Source of the DNA: Candidatus Krumholzibacteriia bacterium
GTDB lineage: Bacteria; Krumholzibacteriota; Krumholzibacteriia; WVZY01
Assembly (NCBI GenBank): GCA_046754105.1
Contig: JBHHVD010000016.1
Location: forward strand, 1-41,602
Length of the DNA: 41,602 bases
Direction: 5' to 3'
The translations under genes were made by a program, and so were the position numbers. The notes beneath the pieces are model-generated. The model saw only the letters and a list, made by a program, of their open reading frames with translations. It had not been told where the DNA came from and ran no database searches. How positions within the stretch are numbered: position 1 is the first letter of the stretch; the number at the start of each line of letters is the position of its first letter. Positions 30,906-40,576 of the stretch are shown here, piece by piece.

Positions 30906-32237
30906 ATGCTAAATGGAACCAGTGGTGCGGTGAAATTCATCCTGTCGATTCTCTTTTTCCCCATGTTCTTCCAGAACGCCTTCATGAGGTTCGCCTGGGG
31001 AATCGGTGATCAAGCGTGGTTGATGCTGGCCAAACGGCTCTTTCTGCTGCTGCCGGTCTGCGCCATTATCGTGGGGTGCTGGGCGAGCGTTGCTTGCCTG
31101 ATGACCGTGCCGGTACGACAGAACCGCCGTGAGTTCGTCACAAAACTGTTCATAACGTGGTGGGACCTCGGAAAATCGATTTTCTCCTTCTGGGGCGGCG
31201 TCTTCAAAATGGTCCTGAACGTGTTCGCCGCGGCTCTCGGGCTGCTGCGGTTCGCCGTACTTGGGCTGTGGTCGATCGTCCAGGACGTGCTTCTGGCACC
31301 GTTCGAATTCATCCGCCGGGTCGCCCAACAGGTCGTTAGCTCGCCGATCCCGTGGATCGCGGTGTTCTTGACCCTGGGGTGGTGCGCGATCGAAACGACG
31401 ATCTTCACCTACGTCATGTCACCGTTAGTGGTCGATACGTTTTCGAACATAACGGGTGAACAGCTGTCGGAAGCGTTCATCCGTATTCCGCTCTACATAT
31501 TTCTCCTTTTCATCGTGCTGGGCAGCTATGCGGTGCTTTCAAACCTCGTCGATTCCGTCAAGGGCCGGAGCGCGTCTTCGATCTTCGGCATCGGCGCGAT
31601 AGAAATCGTCGTGCTGTTCGTGGAGGTCGTGTTCTTGTACCGGGAGTTCGTCGATTCGCTCGTACCCTGGTTCGCTCAGTACTCCGAGAACTTCGAGCTT
31701 GGCGTGTTCTGGACGCTCGCCATCGCGTGTTTTGTGTGGTTCGGTATCCGGAGCCTGTCGTGGTTCCTTTTCGCCGCGCACGGGACGCCGACGATACTGG
31801 CAGTTATCCAGGGCAAGGGAGTCAAGATGTCCGGTCGCAGCAAGCGACCCAAGAACCAGTTCCTCGAGATCTCTTCCGGTTTCTGGAGCAAGATGAAGAC
31901 CGAGACCCCGTGGATACAGGCCAAGGGAGAGGAACTGCTCGCTTCCTTTATCCTGCCGCCGCTGCAGATCATCGCCGCTGGGCTGAACTTTCTGACCTTG
32001 CTGGTAATAACCAGCCATCTGTTTCCGCTTCCCTTCAAGAACATGGAAGCGATCACCTATTCCGAGAACCTGCTCAAGAATATGTCAGACAAGAGCAGCG
32101 CGCTGAAACCGTCGCCCGCGAGGGCCCCGAGGCAGCAACCGGCGCCGAAGCCGGCCGCTCCCGCGTTCGAACCGGAGTCCCCGGAGCCTGTGGTCAGCAG
32201 CTACAACCGCGAAGGTGACTCGTCCGACGATGCTTAG
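30906..32237 (+). CDS. uncharacterised polytopic membrane protein (~8 TM) with Pro-rich C-terminal tail
   Basis: Long ORF with GC3 bias and multiple hydrophobic segments; CAGGAG RBS before ATG 30906. Confidence 0.85.
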   Translation: MLNGTSGAVKFILSILFFPMFFQNAFMRFAWGIGDQAWLMLAKRLFLLLPVCAIIVGCWASVACLMTVPVRQNRREFVTKLFITWWDLGKSIFSFWGGVFKMVLNVFAAALGLLRFAVLGLWSIVQDVLLAPFEFIRRVAQQVVSSPIPWIAVFLTLGWCAIETTIFTYVMSPLVVDTFSNITGEQLSEAFIRIPLYIFLLFIVLGSYAVLSNLVDSVKGRSASSIFGIGAIEIVVLFVEVVFLYREFVDSLVPWFAQYSENFELGVFWTLAIACFVWFGIRSLSWFLFAAHGTPTILAVIQGKGVKMSGRSKRPKNQFLEISSGFWSKMKTETPWIQAKGEELLASFILPPLQIIAAGLNFLTLLVITSHLFPLPFKNMEAITYSENLLKNMSDKSSALKPSPARAPRQQPAPKPAAPAFEPESPEPVVSSYNREGDSSDDA

Positions 32238-32262
32238 AACTCGTACCCGGGGGAATACCAGT

Positions 32263-33039
32263 ATGTCAAAACTCAAATTCGCATCGACAGCACTCGTCTC
32301 GGTTGCGTTGCTTCTGAACGGCTGCGATTTCGTCACAAAGATGGATAGCAACGCGAACCCACGCCTGTCCATGTTCGTCGGCGTCGATATCAGCGGTTCT
32401 TTTATGAACGGCGGCTACTTCGACGACTCGATAGACTTCCTGGCGAACTATCTCTACTGCCACCTCAACGGCGTGGGCGGCCTGGAAGTGCCAAACGCGT
32501 TGTTCGTCAGCTCGATAGGCGGAGCGCGGGCCGACGAGCCCAAGACCTTCTACCCGAAGCAAACGTTCGAAAACAAGTCCGTGGATGAGATAGCACAGAC
32601 CTTGCGGGACATGTTTCCCCGTTCGGACTCGAATCCTTTCACCGACTACAACGCCTTCTTCGAGCAGGTCGCGCACACCGTCAAGTCCAAAAACCTGGTC
32701 CTGCGGCCGGTATCGATCGTGATGGTCAGCGATGGGATCCCGGACGTAAAAAAGGACGGCAAGACCGATTTCAGCAGTATCGTCATCCGCCCGCTCGAGC
32801 GGCTGGCGCGAAGCGTCACGATACGCCTGCTGTACACCAACGCCGTGGTCGGCAAGAGCTGGCAGACCAAGGTCAAGCGCCGCCGCGTGAAAATCTGGAC
32901 CCAGGACGCGGAAGTCATGGCCTCGTGGAAAGATGACAAGATTCTGCTGCCGGACAAGCACCTCGACGAGCAGCCGTATTTCTTCGCGTGGCTGGATGAC
33001 AACGTGAACTTTGGTGTGCGTTCGAGACGGGTTGACTAG
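32263..33039 (+). CDS. vWA (MIDAS) domain lipoprotein
   Basis: Lipobox LLLNGC; MIDAS elements VDISGS, FTDY and MVSDG. Start MSKLKF at 32263. Confidence 0.8.
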   Translation: MSKLKFASTALVSVALLLNGCDFVTKMDSNANPRLSMFVGVDISGSFMNGGYFDDSIDFLANYLYCHLNGVGGLEVPNALFVSSIGGARADEPKTFYPKQTFENKSVDEIAQTLRDMFPRSDSNPFTDYNAFFEQVAHTVKSKNLVLRPVSIVMVSDGIPDVKKDGKTDFSSIVIRPLERLARSVTIRLLYTNAVVGKSWQTKVKRRRVKIWTQDAEVMASWKDDKILLPDKHLDEQPYFFAWLDDNVNFGVRSRRVD

Positions 33040-33081
33040 AGGTTCACCGCACGCGCTTGTTGGAGCCCCGTTGGGGATTAA

Positions 33082-33120
33082 GAGAATCCCGGCCGGTCAT
33101 CGGCCGGGATTCTCCTTTTT
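33082..33120 (+). terminator. intrinsic terminator, probably shared by the convergent genes
   Basis: GAGAATCCCGGCCG-GTCAT-CGGCCGGGATTCTC followed by CTTTTT. Confidence 0.85.
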
Positions 33121-33141
33121 CTGGATTCCGTGGGATACCGG

Positions 33142-35610
33142 TTAACGGATCACTACGAATTTGCCGATGAAGCGGTCGTAGTTCGAGTCCGCCGACTCCA
33201 CCGAATAGAGATAGACCCCGCTGGCCACGTCCTGGCCGTTGCGGCTCACCAGGTCCCATTTCATCGTCCCCACACCGCCGCTGCCGTCGAAACCGATCTC
33301 CTGGACCAGGTCGCCGGAGAGCGTGTAGATACGGATCCTGCCCGGCGACCGCGGCAGGTTGCGGAACTCTACCTTTATCCCCGTCGGGTCGTCGTTGTTC
33401 GGCGACAAGGTCCACGCCGCCATCGACTCGCTTGTCGCCGGGTTGGGCACGACATAGATGTTGCCTTCCTCGTAACTGTACGCCGGCTGAGCGACGCTTT
33501 TTGGCTCTACGAAAGCGAAATTGGAAGATGGGTCACCTATCTTGCCCTCGAAGAATCGGCCGCGCTCGTCGACGCCGTGGTCCATTGCGGTCACCGCGTA
33601 GAAGTACGGCCGGCCGAGGTGCATCGAGCGGTCGACGAAGCGGTAGTACTGCCGGCCCCCGTCGGCGCCGAGTTCCCACAGCGCGAGCGACCGGAGCGTG
33701 TCACACACTTCCGGCGTGACGCCCTGCGGGCACGGCGGCTCGACGCCCGGGTATTCGCCCGCGAATTCCTTGATGTAGTGTATGAGATCCCGCTTTACAT
33801 CGGCGGCCAGGAGGCCGCTCAGCGGCTCGTAACGGAGGGCCTTGATCCCGGTGTCTGCGCCGAAGTTGTTGACGACGTCGACCTGGGCGAGAAGCTTCCA
33901 CAGGTCGTTCTCGGGACCGTTCTCGGCGGAGCTTCCCGTCGGTCGATGCCAGTTGTCGGCGCGCCAGACGCGGTAGCCCTCGAAGTCGAACACCTGGGTC
34001 TTCACGTCGGGAACGGTTTCGCTGAAGTTGTCGAAGTAGATGACCACTCCGCCTTCGCTGTGATCGTCGATCCGCATGAACGGGGGCGGCGGCGCCGTCC
34101 CTACGATCCAGGATATCCGGGTCTCCTTGCCGTCGATTCCCGTGAGGAACAGGGCGCTGTCGGCGCCGCTGTACCCACAGGCAATCTGAAAGAGCATTTC
34201 GTTCGCGCAGTCGTTGTTGATCCACACCGACGTACCCCTGGGCACGTTGGGAATCGGCGTGCTCAATTCGACCAGACACGTATCGATCGAAATATTCTGG
34301 GCGGGACCGACGACTTCGGTTTCGCGGCCCGCGACGCCGGTGTGCTTGTTGCCGTCGAGGTTGAACCAGGCGCCGTTGAAGGTCAGCTGGGCCGCAGAGG
34401 CGTTGATGATCGCTCCACCGGGGCCCCTGCCCACGACGAATGCCACCTGGAACACCAGCGTGCTGTCGGGGTCAAGCTCTGCGAAGGGCCCGGCGCTGAC
34501 CAGCATGCGGTAGTCGCGCGGAACCGTCGCGTCCCTCTCGATGATCTCCTGCGAGAGTAACTCGTAGCGCTCGAAGTCGTTGCGCGGGTCACCGCCCTCC
34601 TCGAACGGTTGCCTGCCCGCGAAATTCGCGTAGGTGCTGATGCCGACCCGTTCGGGAGCGAGCTCCCCCGTGGGATCCGTCGTGTGCCCCAGGAACATGA
34701 CGCCGAAATACCCCGGCGTCTGCCCGCCATCGCCGTCCGCGTCGTACGTGTAGGCGACATCGATCTGCACCGGCCCGAGGTCCGTGCATAGCACGGGGAT
34801 GAACGCCCGGCCGGTTGCATCGTCTTCGTAGTACTCTTCCAGGTCCCGGGAGCCCGCGTCACAATCGGCGAAGAAGCCCATATAGAGATCCTGGAGTATG
34901 GCGCTGCCGATGTTGGTAATGTGATACTCGATACCCACGAAATCATCGAAGCGATCCTCTTCCCACTGGTAGCTTTCCTGGCGCACGAGGATGTTGAGCG
35001 GGTTGTGGGTAGGATTGATCTGCAGCGCCGCCGGCTGATCGTCGGTGTACCAGCAGCTGAACATCTGCTTCGAAACCGCTGCGAAGTCCTCGTCGATGGC
35101 GCCGTCGAGGTCGTCGTCGCGGCCGTTCAGCCAGTCCTCATCCACGAGGCCGTCCTTGTCGTCATCCGCGTCGGGAGACGGCAGGCGGTTGCCTCCCTTC
35201 GCACCCTCCGCCGCCCGGTACAATATGTCGACCGCCTCTTGTGTCGGTCGGAATTCGCGATCGAACGCCGCGGTCGACACCGCCGGCACGCCGTTCTTCA
35301 ACGCGCCCACCCAGAGTCCCGCGGTGTAGAGGTATTCTACACCGCTGCCCCCCGGCCACTGGGCGGAAGGCATCTCCGAGTACGGCCACCCCGCCCCGGG
35401 CCGCGAGCCGAACTCGCCCCAGTTGCCGACGTGCATCTGCAGCTCGCCCACGTTGTGGACGTTCGAGCCGTTCAGTACCATCACGCGCTGCAGTCCCGGC
35501 AGCGTTCGTTTGCTCTTTTGGGAGTTCGGGATCCAGCGGGCAAGACTCCGCGCGGGGATCACCGCCAGCGCCAGTATCACGACCAGACAGACCGTTCGCT
35601 TTGTGTTCAT
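33142..35610 (-). CDS. large secreted protein with DxDxDG Ca-binding-like repeats and FlgD/T9SS-CTD-like C-terminus
   Basis: Signal peptide MNTKRTVCLVVILALAVIPA; DDDKDGLVDED/DDDLDGAIDED; C-terminal IYVVPNP..IRIYTLSGDLV..WDLVSRNGQDVASGVYLY..GKFVVIR. Confidence 0.85.
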   Translation of the reverse strand: MNTKRTVCLVVILALAVIPARSLARWIPNSQKSKRTLPGLQRVMVLNGSNVHNVGELQMHVGNWGEFGSRPGAGWPYSEMPSAQWPGGSGVEYLYTAGLWVGALKNGVPAVSTAAFDREFRPTQEAVDILYRAAEGAKGGNRLPSPDADDDKDGLVDEDWLNGRDDDLDGAIDEDFAAVSKQMFSCWYTDDQPAALQINPTHNPLNILVRQESYQWEEDRFDDFVGIEYHITNIGSAILQDLYMGFFADCDAGSRDLEEYYEDDATGRAFIPVLCTDLGPVQIDVAYTYDADGDGGQTPGYFGVMFLGHTTDPTGELAPERVGISTYANFAGRQPFEEGGDPRNDFERYELLSQEIIERDATVPRDYRMLVSAGPFAELDPDSTLVFQVAFVVGRGPGGAIINASAAQLTFNGAWFNLDGNKHTGVAGRETEVVGPAQNISIDTCLVELSTPIPNVPRGTSVWINNDCANEMLFQIACGYSGADSALFLTGIDGKETRISWIVGTAPPPPFMRIDDHSEGGVVIYFDNFSETVPDVKTQVFDFEGYRVWRADNWHRPTGSSAENGPENDLWKLLAQVDVVNNFGADTGIKALRYEPLSGLLAADVKRDLIHYIKEFAGEYPGVEPPCPQGVTPEVCDTLRSLALWELGADGGRQYYRFVDRSMHLGRPYFYAVTAMDHGVDERGRFFEGKIGDPSSNFAFVEPKSVAQPAYSYEEGNIYVVPNPATSESMAAWTLSPNNDDPTGIKVEFRNLPRSPGRIRIYTLSGDLVQEIGFDGSGGVGTMKWDLVSRNGQDVASGVYLYSVESADSNYDRFIGKFVVIR

Positions 35611-35857
35611 GCGTCCGTCCTTTTCGAGTGGGCTACCACCCAAAACAACTACCACGCCATTCTCAACGGTGGGGTGTCCTGTGGGGAAGCTGTGGGGTAT
35701 AGGTGCTTCTGCGTGGGGGTACGATGCGGAATCTACTCAAAAGAAATCGCTTGGGGGCCCGGCTGTCAAGCCGCAATAAGTGACCTACGTCAAGTACCGG
35801 ACCCCCCGGCATCTTCCTCGCCGCGCCGTCCTGCTCCTTGCGGCAGGGCCACGCCTG

Positions 35858-38800
35858 TTACTTCAAGAGGACGGCGCGGGCCACGCGGCGGCCGAGCGCG
35901 GTTTTGACACGTATGAAATAAACGCCCGACGCGACCGGGTCGCCCCGATCGCTGCGCCCGTCCCAGCGAAGCTCGGCGTCTCCGGCGGCGAACGGCCGGT
36001 TCCGTGCCAGCACCCTGACTCTGGCTCCACCGACGGTCCACACCTCGGCCGTCACCGCCAACCGTTCGGGCAGCGAAAATCGCACAGTGGTCGACGGGTT
36101 GAACGGATTCGGGCTCACGCCCGTTATTGCGAATGGTTTCGGTAGCCTCGTGGGTTCGAACGCCGTCACCACGTCGAGCGCTACGGGAATCGTGATCGGG
36201 CTGTTGCCCGCGTTGCTGACCAAGGTGATCGTACAGCTGTCCGGCCCCTGCCCGGTCGGCTTGACGCAGACCACCAAACGGGTCGTGTCCCCCGGCGCGA
36301 GCGTGTGCGCGGTCATGGACGTATCGATACTGAACGGAACCGCCGTACAGCCGTTGATACCGTCGATGTTGAGGATGCCGGGGCCCTGGTTGACGATGCC
36401 CACGGTGTCACAGCTGGTGAAGAACGCCTGCACGTTGGTGAAAAGAACCGAGGCCGGCGAGGCAATGGCCGTCGTCACGTCCGCGCACGAGCAGGTCTTC
36501 TCAACAGACTTCACGACCACGTTGTCCACGAACATTCCCGTCGCGGTACCCACGAATCCATCGGTGCCCATGTCGAAGAAAAAGCGGACCGTTGTGCCGG
36601 CCAGCCCGGGGAACTGGATATGAACGTTGTTGAAGTTGGGGGTGACATCGGATGACCAGCAGGAGAGATCCTGGATCGGCTGACCGCTGCTGCTCTGCCG
36701 GTTCGCCTGCCACGGGTAGAACGGGTCGAACTGGGACGCGAACGCGCCGGCGAGCACGGTCTGTGTCGCGCCGTCGTCTATCTCGACGCGCAGCAGGGCA
36801 CCGTCCCAGGCCTTTCGCTCCGAATCGAGCTCGATATTGTGAGTGATGTCAAAGGTCACGTCGACGAGATCACAGTTCGCCGGTACCACAATCGACGGCG
36901 TTATCAGGCGGTTGAGACTCGTCGCCCCTATGTCCGCACAGAACACGGAATTGGCCCCCGACGAGGAGAACGTAGTCGACGTTTCCCAGCGGTTCGATAT
37001 CCCCGTAACGGCCGTCGTGATCCATCCGGCGGGCAGCGCGGGCGGCGCTACACCGTCGAAATTCTCGCTTAGGAGGACCGTTTCGTTTGGAAAACCCGAT
37101 GCCATACGGAACGGCAGCAGCGCGTTTCCGGCCGAGGTGCTCATTGTGAGAAGAAACTCTATATCGTCACCGCAGTTGAACACGGGGTCGAGCGTGAACA
37201 CGAAAGCACTACCGTTGGCGTTCGTGCTCCCCACCCCGGCCAGGGCGCCGAACGACTGCGTGCCGCTAGTGATATTGACGCCGGGTGTGGTCGTAGTAAG
37301 CGTACCGGATATGCCGCTTATCGCTCCCAGGCAAGAGCTGTAGTTCTGCACCGTAACGAATAGGTCCACGGTCTCGCCCGTTTCCAGGAATCCGTTGCCC
37401 GAGTTGCACCCGGTGTCGACGAAGTTCACCCCAAAGAACGATACCGGGGCGTCCGCCACCGACAGGTCGGATATGTCCACATAGGTGTCCGGCGCGAAGG
37501 TCAGGTACGACGGATCGTCTGTCCTGGCGAACGCCGCATAGAGTTTCCCATTGTCCGAAACGCACTGGATGTAGTCTCCGATGTTGGGTTGACTGGTCGT
37601 GTTGCCGTATTCGGCGTGAAAAGGCTCGTCGGTAAGAGGTGTGGGGCAAGACCAGGTTAGTCCCCCGTCCGACGAATGTGTGTGCATGACCTCGGTGAGA
37701 TCGGATGTCCCGGTGCCGTTGACCTGGTCGTACCAGATGATGTCGACTCGCCCGTTGCCCTGATCCACGCTGAGCCAGACGAAGAACTGGGAACGGTCGG
37801 AGCCCGGATTGGAGTTCAGCGCCACAGGTGAAGTCCAGGTCACTCCCCCGTTCGTCGAGCGGATGAAGTAGACGTCGGAAAAATCCGGGGGCAGGTTGCG
37901 GGACACGTAGGCGACGTAGACGTTTCCGTTTGTATCATCGACGTCCATCCCGATGAACCCACTGATACGATCCGATCCGTACGGGTTCATGGGATCGGAG
38001 AGACCCGTAGCTATCGTGGCCGTCGAACCCCAGGTCGTTCCGTTGTTCGTGGATCGAACGAACTGGATGTCCCCGGCCCCCGGAGTCGGGGAACTACGCC
38101 GCCAGCCGATGTAGGCGTTACCGCTGGAACCGTCCGTCCTGGGAACGGATCCCTGACCCGAATTCACAAAACTCGTCGGACCGTTCCAGGTCAGCCCCAG
38201 GTCGTCCGAGTAGGTTACACGCATGGTCGTGCCGGCCCCGAAATTCGTCCAGCTAATGAGAACGCGCCCGGTTTCGGGGTCGACGTCCATGAACTCCTTG
38301 TCCGGAAAATCGGTCGAGCTCGTCGCCGTCGTCACTTCGCGGGGTCCGGTCCACGTCATTCCGCCGTCCGTGGAAACGTGCAGGCACAGGCTACTCTGCC
38401 CCAACGGGTTCGTGTACAGCGAAGAGTAAAAGAAATGCACCTGGCTCGTGACCGGATCGGTCCACGTCTTTACGTCGGGGTCACCGAATACGGCGTCGTT
38501 TCCCACGGTCGGCAGCTGCCCCCCGTCGGTCCAGGTGAGACCGCCGTCGGAGGAGTATGCGTAACCGGACACACTCGGATCCGTCAGCGAAAACCCCCGG
38601 ATGTCGTTGTAGCCGACGACCACGGCGTTGCCGTTCTTGGCGATCGTGGTCTCGCTCTGAAAGTCGGAGGCCGTGGGACTGTGCACCAGGCGATCGTTTC
38701 CCTGCTGGCCCAGCGTCGAGCGCGCCGCCGGGCGACCACGGGAAGCGCGCTCGAGCAACTGCTGCGCGTCGGGCATCGGCACGTCCCCCCGGGCGATGGC

Positions 38801-39010
38801 GCCCATCGACGAGATTTCCGGCTCCCGCCCCGCACTCTTCCCGCGTCCATCGGTGGATAACGCCTCGCCCGGTCCATACAGTGTATTCGCGGGCAGGTTC
38901 AACATCGCCAGCGTTAACAAGAAAACCAGCACGAGGAATCCACGTTTCGAAGTGAATTCAAAGCGTCGCCGGCCGGTTCTGGGATGAAGACCTTCAGGGG
39001 TTCGATGCAC
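35858..39010 (-). CDS. secreted BNR/Asp-box beta-propeller (sialidase-like fold) multidomain protein with Ig-like and FlgD-like C-terminal domains
   Basis: Six Asp-box motifs (SSDGGLTW, STDGGMTW, SDDLGLTW, STNNGTTW, STNGGVTW, SSDGGLTW) and C-terminal PNPFNPSTT..WDGRSDRGDPVASGVYF. GTG start at 39010 with GGGAGG RBS. Confidence 0.85.
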   Translation of the reverse strand: MHRTPEGLHPRTGRRRFEFTSKRGFLVLVFLLTLAMLNLPANTLYGPGEALSTDGRGKSAGREPEISSMGAIARGDVPMPDAQQLLERASRGRPAARSTLGQQGNDRLVHSPTASDFQSETTIAKNGNAVVVGYNDIRGFSLTDPSVSGYAYSSDGGLTWTDGGQLPTVGNDAVFGDPDVKTWTDPVTSQVHFFYSSLYTNPLGQSSLCLHVSTDGGMTWTGPREVTTATSSTDFPDKEFMDVDPETGRVLISWTNFGAGTTMRVTYSDDLGLTWNGPTSFVNSGQGSVPRTDGSSGNAYIGWRRSSPTPGAGDIQFVRSTNNGTTWGSTATIATGLSDPMNPYGSDRISGFIGMDVDDTNGNVYVAYVSRNLPPDFSDVYFIRSTNGGVTWTSPVALNSNPGSDRSQFFVWLSVDQGNGRVDIIWYDQVNGTGTSDLTEVMHTHSSDGGLTWSCPTPLTDEPFHAEYGNTTSQPNIGDYIQCVSDNGKLYAAFARTDDPSYLTFAPDTYVDISDLSVADAPVSFFGVNFVDTGCNSGNGFLETGETVDLFVTVQNYSSCLGAISGISGTLTTTTPGVNITSGTQSFGALAGVGSTNANGSAFVFTLDPVFNCGDDIEFLLTMSTSAGNALLPFRMASGFPNETVLLSENFDGVAPPALPAGWITTAVTGISNRWETSTTFSSSGANSVFCADIGATSLNRLITPSIVVPANCDLVDVTFDITHNIELDSERKAWDGALLRVEIDDGATQTVLAGAFASQFDPFYPWQANRQSSSGQPIQDLSCWSSDVTPNFNNVHIQFPGLAGTTVRFFFDMGTDGFVGTATGMFVDNVVVKSVEKTCSCADVTTAIASPASVLFTNVQAFFTSCDTVGIVNQGPGILNIDGINGCTAVPFSIDTSMTAHTLAPGDTTRLVVCVKPTGQGPDSCTITLVSNAGNSPITIPVALDVVTAFEPTRLPKPFAITGVSPNPFNPSTTVRFSLPERLAVTAEVWTVGGARVRVLARNRPFAAGDAELRWDGRSDRGDPVASGVYFIRVKTALGRRVARAVLLK

Positions 39011-39106
39011 GTCTGGCCTCCCTTTGGAGTTGTTGGTTTGCCCGCCAGGTCCGTCCGATCGCGTCAAGACATCCGCGCGCCTTCGCATCCGCGTTCGCAG
39101 AGCTGA

Positions 39107-40456
39107 CTACGCACTCCGCTTGACGACGACGACGGTGAGGTCGTCCATCTGCGGCGCCTCGCCCGCGTGCCGGTTCACACCCTCGACGATACGCTCGACA
39201 ACGATCGCAGCGGGCTCCTTACGGTTGTCCCGCACCAAAGCAATCAGCGCCTCAGCCCCGAACGGCTCGTCCTTTTCGTTGGTCGCGTCCGTGATACCAT
39301 CCGAAAAGACGACCAGCGCGTCACCCGGTTGTATGGGCACGGTTTCCTCCGTGTGCGGCAGGCTCTCGCTCACGCCGAGGGCGATCCCGCTCGTCGGCAG
39401 GCGCCTGAGCTCTCCTGCTGCCGACACCAGTATCGGCATTTCATGCCCCGCGTTGCAGAAGTTGATTCGATGTTCGTCTTCGTTCAGCACGCCGTAGAAG
39501 AGCGTAACAAACCTCTCGTCGTCCGTACTCTGGCACATCAGATGATTGGAGCGTTCGATTCGCTCGCGGACCTGCGCCTCGACCAGCGTCTGGCCGCGCA
39601 GCGTCGCCTGCAGGTTCGCCATCAGCAGCGAAGCGGGGAGTCCCTTGCCGGAGACGTCGCCCAGGCACAACGCCCAACCACCACCGGCCGCCGGCATGAA
39701 GTCGAAATAGTCGCCGCCCACCGTCTGTGCCGGGATGCTCTTGCCGGCGATGTCGTAGCCGGCAATGTCCGGCGCGCTCTTGGGGAGGAGATTGCTCTGT
39801 ATCTCGTAGGCCAGCCGGACCTGTTCCTGCATGCCTGCACGCTCTTTTGAGAGCCTCGCGTTGTTGATCACCTGCGCGGACTGGGCCGCGATGATCGGCA
39901 ACAGCCGTTCATCGTCCTCCGTAAAACCCTGTGCGCTCTTCTTGTTGCAGATCGTGAGAATGCCGATCAGCTCCGACTGCAACATCAACGGCACGCACAT
40001 AATAGAGCGGATCGATTCATCCCACTGGAAGCCCTTGAATTGCTCGTCCGTCCGCGGATCGTTCACGAGTAGCGGCTTGTTGTGGACGTACATCCACCCC
40101 AGCAGATGCTCGTTCAAATGGTAGTGCGGACGCTCTGCCGAACTCGACATGACACGCACGCTGGTCTTCATCGGATCGCTGGCCGCACCGTCGACGAGTG
40201 TAACCACCGCCTGCTCCGCCCCGACCGCCCGCATCAGCCGGTCGACGAGCTTCTCGACGATCTCGTCCGGGTCGGCCGAGGCGCCCATGGCAACGGCCAG
40301 TTCGTTGAGGAGGGAGAGCTCCGCCACGGCTCGCTCGAGTCTTTGGATTTCCTCGCCCAGCGCCCGGTCGGAGCGGTGATTGCCAGCGCTCGCTCCCGAC
40401 GAAGCGCGGCCAAAAAGTTTCCTCGAAAACGTGGGTAAGAAGCCGCCGTCGCCCAT
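39107..40456 (-). CDS. GAF domain + PP2C/SpoIIE (RsbU-like) phosphatase
   Basis: GAF (SIMCVPL, NKK..GFTEDD), VGGDYFD, DVSGKG, NAGH, SDGITD, DDLT. Confidence 0.93.
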   Translation of the reverse strand: MGDGGFLPTFSRKLFGRASSGASAGNHRSDRALGEEIQRLERAVAELSLLNELAVAMGASADPDEIVEKLVDRLMRAVGAEQAVVTLVDGAASDPMKTSVRVMSSSAERPHYHLNEHLLGWMYVHNKPLLVNDPRTDEQFKGFQWDESIRSIMCVPLMLQSELIGILTICNKKSAQGFTEDDERLLPIIAAQSAQVINNARLSKERAGMQEQVRLAYEIQSNLLPKSAPDIAGYDIAGKSIPAQTVGGDYFDFMPAAGGGWALCLGDVSGKGLPASLLMANLQATLRGQTLVEAQVRERIERSNHLMCQSTDDERFVTLFYGVLNEDEHRINFCNAGHEMPILVSAAGELRRLPTSGIALGVSESLPHTEETVPIQPGDALVVFSDGITDATNEKDEPFGAEALIALVRDNRKEPAAIVVERIVEGVNRHAGEAPQMDDLTVVVVKRSA

Positions 40457-40547
40457 GGGGTCCTCTCCTCAATTGCAGAATGCCTCGAAACGCGCGACCG
40501 CGAGTTCCTGGGCGGTGCGTGGGACAGAGATATACTCTGGAACATGT

Positions 40548-40576
40548 ATTCTACCACACGGCGGGCGGTCGTTGAA
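40548..40576 (-). promoter_or_regulatory. sigma70-type promoter of the phosphatase gene
   Basis: TTCAAC-N17-TAGAAT with extended TG (TGGTAGAAT). Confidence 0.6.
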
